64,000 bases of DNA from Candidatus Latescibacterota bacterium (GTDB lineage: Bacteria > Latescibacterota > UBA2968 > GCA-2709665), in assembly GCA_965219995.1 (NCBI GenBank), contig CBDCOX010000002.1, positions 2,560,001 to 2,624,000 of the forward strand. Direction: 5' to 3'. This document shows positions 58,876 through 64,000 of this stretch, piece by piece. A model generated the notes under the pieces. That model saw only the letters and a list, made by a program, of their open reading frames with translations. It was not told where the DNA came from and ran no database searches. A program made the translations under genes and the position numbers. How positions within the stretch are numbered: the first letter of the stretch is position 1; each line of letters opens with the position of its first letter.

Positions 58876-60072
58876 TCAAACGTACCGCCACGCCCATCGG
58901 CGCACAGCGCGGCTCAATCTGGCGAGGCGGACCCGCCCCACGAGGGGGTAAACAGGAAGGAACAGGAGTTGGGGCCACAGCGCCAATACGCTGGTTGGCG
59001 CCTGGTCCGGCAGATTCCGGTATGGCGGAACTACGCAAAGAGACGGTGGCCACAGATGTGCGTCAAAGCCGGCGTCCCAGAGTCGCCGGCACAGGTCCGC
59101 GGCATTACCGACGCGGACGACGAAGAGCCAGTAGGAGTGGTCCGCGCGACGACCCGGATAACAGAGCTCCGGAACGCTTCGGTGAAACGCCATGGCCTCC
59201 GTACGGCAGCCTGTGCGCTCCGGTGCATTGGAGCGCAGTCGCCTCGACAATAAATACAAATGGGCGCCGCATGGTTGACGGCGGATTTTCTTGAGCAGTT
59301 CCAACCCCCGGAAACCGCGGGTTGCGCGGTAACTCACGGCATCGTGCGACCTTCCCAACAGACGGCACGCGGCGCATAGAAGCGTATATGGACCGGGCAT
59401 GTTGAGCAGGAGAACGACGCCGTATTTCGCGAGGCGCAAGAAGAACCGCGCCTTGCCCTGGACCGGATAGCTGTAATGCAGCCGTCTGACCTCGTCCCTA
59501 AGGTCGGGATCGCGCACAAAGAGCAGGCCGCCGCCCAACGCGGTATTGTATTTGATCGGGCCGAAGCTGAACATACGCACGTGGCTCTCAGGATGTCCTG
59601 TAAAGTCGTCACCCCGATAGGCCTGGGCGCAGTCCTCGAACAGCACAAGGCCATGCTTCCTGGCGAAGCGTACCACAGGATCCATGGGGATCCGGGCGCC
59701 GAACAAATGGGTGGCCAGCAGCGCAACGGCTTTCGGCGTAAGCCCGTCGTTCAGGCTGTCCGGGTCGGGTTCGAGCGTTTGGGGATCCAGATCGACCGGA
59801 ACGGGTACGAGACCGTGGCTCCGGATGATTTCGAGTATGTCGGGGATGGTGATGGCGGACACCAGGATGTGCGAACCACGCGGAAATCGGGCAGCCTGGA
59901 GAACGGCATCGAAGCCGCTGCGAAGCGAAAGGAAGAAAAGGGCCTCGTCCGGATTGCCGGTGCTTTCGCGGCAGGCATCGTGCCCTTTCGCGCGACGGTC
60001 GCCCGAGAGGCATTGGCCCATGCCGAAAAGGAGATCGCGCCAGCCGATATCCAATCTCTTACGGGGAATCAT
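58876..60072 (-). CDS. DegT/DnrJ/EryC1/StrS-family PLP aminotransferase
   Basis: PVPVD, THLFG, EDCAQA, FSFGPIKYNTALGGG (PLP Lys); likely start MIPRKRLDI. Confidence 0.85.
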   Translation of the reverse strand: MIPRKRLDIGWRDLLFGMGQCLSGDRRAKGHDACRESTGNPDEALFFLSLRSGFDAVLQAARFPRGSHILVSAITIPDILEIIRSHGLVPVPVDLDPQTLEPDPDSLNDGLTPKAVALLATHLFGARIPMDPVVRFARKHGLVLFEDCAQAYRGDDFTGHPESHVRMFSFGPIKYNTALGGGLLFVRDPDLRDEVRRLHYSYPVQGKARFFLRLAKYGVVLLLNMPGPYTLLCAACRLLGRSHDAVSYRATRGFRGLELLKKIRRQPCGAHLYLLSRRLRSNAPERTGCRTEAMAFHRSVPELCYPGRRADHSYWLFVVRVGNAADLCRRLWDAGFDAHLWPPSLCVVPPYRNLPDQAPTSVLALWPQLLFLPVYPLVGRVRLARLSRAVRRWAWRYV

Positions 60073-60246
60073 GGACGATTCACTCGTTCGCGGGCGCGGT
60101 CGGACACGATGATGCGGTATGGGAGGACTGATGCAGCATGGGGTGAACGCTTTGTCGGGTTGTGCAAGTTCTTCCGGCCCCGTAGAATCATACATCCTCA
60201 ATATTTGCGCATGAACATCCCGATTCCCTCCAAAATACCGACATCC

Positions 60247-60263
60247 TGTCGCAATCTGCAACA
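60247..60263. promoter_or_regulatory. Palindromic operator-like site upstream of the DegT-glmS-glmL unit
   Basis: TGTCGCA-atc-TGCAACA, 6/7 symmetric. Confidence 0.45.
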
Positions 60264-60425
60264 CATTAATTGACTTCGAAATCGCAATGCAGGGACGCCG
60301 ACGTGCGCTATCCATGTTTCGCATGCGTGGATCGTAGACGCGCGTTTCTTCCCCTGCTTCGTCCTTTTCCCGGGAGAGCGTCGTAGACGATTGCCCGGGC
60401 GAGGGCATCTGTGCGGGACGTGCCA

Positions 60426-61253
60426 TCAGGCGGGCTCCTGTTCATCGGGCGTTTCGACCGGCTTCGCTTCGCGCTGCGCCATTTGATTGAACCACCACAG
60501 ACCGGCCACGGCCAGGACGATGCCACTCACAAACAACCACCAGGGAAGAAACTCTACAACCTGCCAATCCTCGATAGGTCGGAATAATTCCATACGCACC
60601 GTAATCAACGACAGAAAATTGTTCAGCGCGTGACCGAACAACGCGGGCAGCAAGGAACCTGTATGTACGACCCACCACGCAAATGCGAGACCCAGTGTCA
60701 GAGATCCCGGAAATTGCCAGGGATTCATATGGAGCGCGGCAAACAGAAACGCGGACCACAGAATGGCACGCCGCCGGGTACCGTGGGCTAACAGCCCGCC
60801 CAGAATAACACCTCTGCAGAGGACCTCCTCGGTAAGAGGCGCTTGAATCGCCAGAACATAAAACGCAAGACCAAATGGTGTTTTGCTGCCCATTATATCA
60901 AGGAACATGTCGAGAAATTCTTTGGGGACTGGAATCAGATACTGCACGAAGCTTGCAAGGTTGGACAAGAAAATGCCCAATCCCACGATCGAGACGGAAA
61001 CGGGTAAGTACAACTTCCACGGAACTGGCTTGAAAAGCAGGACGTCGGACCACGGCCGACCGGACCGACGTTGCGCATATAGCACGATCAGACCAATAGC
61101 GGGCAGATTTACAATCAATACCAGGTAATCGAAGATCCGTGTCGCATTGCCCGACGCGACGCCGAGGAAATGAAGCGCCAACCCCAATGCGTTCATTGCT
61201 ACCAAAAGCAGGACCATCAACCAGACGGATTGCTTCAGATTCGGATAAGCCAT
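60426..61253 (-). CDS. CPBP (CAAX/Abi) intramembrane metalloprotease, copy 2
   Basis: EEVLCRG, FAALH, HALNN motifs; multiple TM helices. Confidence 0.92.
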   Translation of the reverse strand: MAYPNLKQSVWLMVLLLVAMNALGLALHFLGVASGNATRIFDYLVLIVNLPAIGLIVLYAQRRSGRPWSDVLLFKPVPWKLYLPVSVSIVGLGIFLSNLASFVQYLIPVPKEFLDMFLDIMGSKTPFGLAFYVLAIQAPLTEEVLCRGVILGGLLAHGTRRRAILWSAFLFAALHMNPWQFPGSLTLGLAFAWWVVHTGSLLPALFGHALNNFLSLITVRMELFRPIEDWQVVEFLPWWLFVSGIVLAVAGLWWFNQMAQREAKPVETPDEQEPA

Positions 61254-61391
61254 CCTCTTCCTCGTTTCTTGTTGAACGGATGACAACACATCGAGCGGTC
61301 CGTTTTCCCTTAGAGTCGGGCGACGATGTGTGCCCTGTCTTCTTTGCTGACTCATACAACCTGCAGCGACTGATCTTCCCTTTGACGCCGG

Positions 61392-62231
61392 TTACAACGC
61401 AGCGCCATCAGACTCGTCGTCAACCGGTGTTTCCACTTGCGCCTCGTGGCCTTTCGCCATCCTGCAAAACCACGTCAATCCGATAACGGCCAGCGCGATC
61501 CCGCACAACTGCAGCCACCAGGGAAGATACACCAGAACATCCCAATTCTCCATGGGTCCGAACAATTCCAAACGAACTGACGTCAGCGACAGGAAATTGT
61601 TCAGCGCGTGTCCGACCAGTGCCGGTATCAGCGAACCGGTCTGGATCACCCACCAGGCGAAAACCAACCCCAATATAAGCGCGACAGGGAATTGCCACGC
61701 GTTTGCATGGAACAGCGCAAACAGGACCGCCGACCAGACAATGGCCCTGTTTCGCGTTCGGTGGGCCAGCAACCCCCCGAGGATGACCCCTCTGAAAAAA
61801 ACTTCCTCCGCGAGCGGCGCCTTAACTACCATCACAAAAAAGGCAAATGGATAGGGAGTTTCCTTCCCTGCCAGATCCCCGATTAGATTCAGCAATATTT
61901 CCGGCACCGGGATCAGCTGCCGCATCAGAGTTCCAAGGTCCGTGCAGACGATCGCCAATCCGACAACCGACACGACGAGCGGAAGGTACAGCATCCGGGA
62001 AACTGGTTTGAGGAGCAGAATCTCGTCCCAGTTCCGATCGGTTCGTCGGTGTGCGTAGATCACGGTCAAAACGAAGCTTGCCAAACTCAGGATCCACATT
62101 AGATATGGACTCTGTTGTAACGGCACGTCGAGGATAAATTCCAGTATCGCAACAGGTACACCAAGTGCCATGCCAATAAGCAAGAGCAATATCAGTAGCC
62201 ATACGGATTGCTTCAGGTTCGGATACGCCAT
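61392..62231 (-). CDS. CPBP (CAAX/Abi) intramembrane metalloprotease, copy 1
   Basis: EEVFFRG, FALFH, HALNN motifs; RBS GAGGAGG. Confidence 0.92.
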   Translation of the reverse strand: MAYPNLKQSVWLLILLLLIGMALGVPVAILEFILDVPLQQSPYLMWILSLASFVLTVIYAHRRTDRNWDEILLLKPVSRMLYLPLVVSVVGLAIVCTDLGTLMRQLIPVPEILLNLIGDLAGKETPYPFAFFVMVVKAPLAEEVFFRGVILGGLLAHRTRNRAIVWSAVLFALFHANAWQFPVALILGLVFAWWVIQTGSLIPALVGHALNNFLSLTSVRLELFGPMENWDVLVYLPWWLQLCGIALAVIGLTWFCRMAKGHEAQVETPVDDESDGAAL

Positions 62232-62273
62232 TGATTCCCTCCTCGTTCGAACATCATCTGCCGGCAGGTTCAT

Positions 62274-62402
62274 TTATCCGGATGCCGCAGCGGCCGCGGA
62301 AGAATCTTCGTTTTCCACTAAATCCAGGTTCGCGCGCCCGAATCGAGCGGCGGGCTTCTCGAGTTCATCATTCCGGAAAATCCCTTGCAGGGAACGGGTC
62401 AT
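62274..62402 (-). CDS. Small 42-aa ORF, candidate peptide precursor
   Basis: MTRSLQGIFRNDELEKPAARFGRANLDLVENEDSSAAAAASG; AGAGGAG just before the ATG (short spacing); sigma54 motif upstream. Confidence 0.45.
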   Translation of the reverse strand: MTRSLQGIFRNDELEKPAARFGRANLDLVENEDSSAAAAASG

Positions 62403-62438
62403 GTCTCCTCTTGCGATCGTGAACAACCCGAATCGACG

Positions 62439-62454
62439 TGCAAGAAACAGGCCA
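62439..62454 (-). promoter_or_regulatory. Sigma54 (-24/-12) promoter
   Basis: Minus strand TGGCCTGTTTCTTGCA: GG-N10-GC with TGGC and TTGCA flanks. Confidence 0.65.
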
Positions 62455-62646
62455 GACTTGAGATAAATGGCAATGTATCGTCTATACATCATTTAATTGA
62501 AGGATTCCGGATCGAAGGAGCCCGGCTGTGTCGCAAAAAGCGCCTGACCGCGGTGACGGGTATTCCAGTACGCGCGCACGGAGGGACATAGGCTGCGGTC
62601 CGTGAAGAGATTTGGTGGGCAGTCGAGGGGGCGTACGAAAAAGCGG

Positions 62647-62676
62647 TGCATTCTGCAGCGCCGGATGCATTCTGCA
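62647..62676. promoter_or_regulatory. Tandem palindromic sites, candidate upstream activator sequence
   Basis: TGCATTCTGCA twice (62647-62657, 62666-62676), about 200 bp upstream of the sigma54 motif. Confidence 0.5.
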
Positions 62677-62731
62677 ACGATCGGCGCCGGCCGGAAACCG
62701 CGCGGAAGCGCACGGATCGGCGAGCGGGCAT

Positions 62732-62946
62732 AAAAAAATCCCGTTCCATCCCCTCGCGATTCAGCAATGAACTTTCCGGCGGCACCCCGATTAAAGGGTG
62801 CCGGGCAGTGTCACCACTCACGCAGCTTTGAGGATGCGGGAAGGTCCTGCGTATTCGCCGGGAACGTGGGAGCTACCCATGCCCCTTTGAGTCGGCTGTT
62901 GTATTCGGCAGGCTACCCGACATACGGGTACTGCCCGAGTGGTGAC
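62732..62946 (-). ncRNA. Candidate structured ncRNA / attenuator (family not recognised)
   Basis: Perfect 11-bp inverted repeat (62937-62947 / 62809-62819) enclosing three hairpins, then an 8-bp hairpin and a U7 tract; promoter directly upstream. Confidence 0.6.
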
Positions 62947-62952
62947 AACCGG

Positions 62953-62981
62953 AATATAGATTCCGAGACCGGGAATGACAA
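62953..62981 (-). promoter_or_regulatory. Sigma70-type promoter for the candidate ncRNA
   Basis: Minus strand TTGTCA-17 nt-TATATT; predicted start about 62946. Confidence 0.65.
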
Positions 62982-63169
62982 GGGTTAATTTGCGACTCTC
63001 AAAAAGGGAAATCGCGGAGCCGTCCGAACGCGTGCATCACCAGGGCCGAAAACCGCATTGACGACGGGCTGCAGATGAATTTCTTGCCCGGAAACGGAAG
63101 TCGCACAGCGAGAGGTTGACCGTCGCCGTTGGCGAATGGAACCGCGACGCGCCTCCTCTTCGCCTGACA

Positions 63170-63982
63170 TCACGTGTCCGGCATCCGCGACGCCAGCACT
63201 GGATAGCGTATATCCGCCCTCTGTAACTCCCGCTGCAGCCACTGGCTGAACAATGTGTCGCGAATCTCATTGACGACACGATCGTCCAGCGTTGCCGGAT
63301 AGCGCCGCTGCAGCAAATACAGCGCGAAACCGCCCGGCGCCTTTTCAGGACCGAAGATCTCGCCCGGTTCAGCAGCGAAGAGTCGCGCGGCAATACCCTT
63401 CGGCAACTGCTCCCGTCGCAACCGCCCCATAAACCCGCCGGCCGGCCGCGTGCGCTCATCCTGTGAGAACTCGCGCGCCATTGCGCAGAAATCCGCGCCG
63501 TCCTCTCTCGTATGCAGTCCGATTTCGTCTATTACGCCTCGATCCCGGTGGTGAATCCAGCAGACTTCCGCCTCGTCGAAATCCAGCGTGTGCTGTGCGA
63601 AGTACGGTTCGATCCGTCCCTCCGAGACTTTTTCGGACATCATGCGCTCCGATCGCCTCGCGTGGGCGTCTTCCGCAACGTCGCCGAGCGTAATTCCTCC
63701 GGACCGGAGCCAGGCTTCCGTATCTTCCACGCTTTCAAGGCGGTGTCGATACCGCCAGTCGTCGACGTCGCTCTGGATGTCTTCGGGCTTCGGGTGGATG
63801 CCCTCCCTCTCCGCGAGTTGCCGCACGAGTTCTCTTCGAGCGTACTCGCCGAAGAACCCGAGCTTGTCTGCAACGCCCAGATGTCGTACAACCTGCGTCA
63901 GGGACACGTCGATGCCATTGACCCGAACCAGCGATACAGCCCTGGCCGCGTTTGCGGAGTCGTGTTCCTCCGGACGGCGCAT
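63170..63982 (-). CDS. PpiC/parvulin-type peptidyl-prolyl isomerase-like protein (type linked to peptide/T1SS export clusters)
   Basis: Helical N-domain (DWRYRHRLESVEDTEAWL), FCAMAREFSQD...GGFMG...FAAEPGEIFGP rotamase core, IRDTLFSQWL end. The ATG overlaps the TGA of a frame entering from outside the window. Confidence 0.8.
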   Translation of the reverse strand: MRRPEEHDSANAARAVSLVRVNGIDVSLTQVVRHLGVADKLGFFGEYARRELVRQLAEREGIHPKPEDIQSDVDDWRYRHRLESVEDTEAWLRSGGITLGDVAEDAHARRSERMMSEKVSEGRIEPYFAQHTLDFDEAEVCWIHHRDRGVIDEIGLHTREDGADFCAMAREFSQDERTRPAGGFMGRLRREQLPKGIAARLFAAEPGEIFGPEKAPGGFALYLLQRRYPATLDDRVVNEIRDTLFSQWLQRELQRADIRYPVLASRMPDT

Positions 63983-64000
63983 CACGTCCCGTCCTGGCGC

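Noticed and set aside
60073-60426. N-terminal extensions in the ORF track (DegT; likewise priA, SulP, GWxTD, lysA)
   Set aside because: Family similarity, and in several cases an RBS, point to downstream ATGs; the extensions run through intergenic DNA or neighbouring genes.
62489-62821. 110-aa minus-strand ORF overlapping the RNA 3' half
   Set aside because: No RBS or recognisable domain, and it crosses the U-tract and operator-like repeats, so a non-coding role is more likely.
62732-62946. Cobalamin or c-di-AMP riboswitch, 6S/SRP/tmRNA, or retron msr-msd as the identity of the structured RNA
   Set aside because: No B12-box or GGGAA..GCCCCCGCAACUGU core. GCUGAAUC occurs only at the 3' end, out of ydaO order. 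No SRP or tmRNA signatures, and no reverse transcriptase in the window.
1-64000. CRISPR array, rRNA, IS transposase or prophage
   Set aside because: No regularly spaced repeats, rRNA signatures, or transposase or phage structural motifs were found by eye.

Overview
This is a GC-rich bacterial chromosomal window. The gene set (GWxTD protein, DUF4159/DUF4175, FCB-type LptD, many glycan-lyase-like proteins) suggests the FCB group, e.g. Latescibacterota/Gemmatimonadota-like; this is inference only. From left to right it holds: the end of a heparinase II/III-type sugar operon; a DUF4160/DUF2442 pair; DUF362, S9 peptidase and FAD oxidase genes; an argRCBDGH operon with an ARG box; assorted enzymes and a GWxTD-TPR protein; a Gfo/Idh/MocA-SulP operon interrupted by a 1.5-kb single-gene AAA-ATPase insert flanked by a 49-bp direct repeat; a long minus-strand run (lptD, dtd, maf, rodZ-like, priA, flippase, CxxCxxCC, DUF4159, DUF4175, TPR, GATase-like, MoxR, DUF58); then tRNA-Leu(TAG) and lysA. 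The most unusual part is the right end (56.8-64 kb, minus strand). It has a PpiC-type protein, an unannotated ~215-nt structured RNA candidate with its own sigma70 promoter, a 42-aa ORF behind a sigma54-type promoter, two paralogous CPBP/CAAX proteases, a DegT-type aminotransferase, and an orphan glmS-glmL pair with a degenerate B12 motif and no glmE. No CRISPR array, rRNA, integrase or transposase was seen. All family calls come from motif recognition, not database searches.
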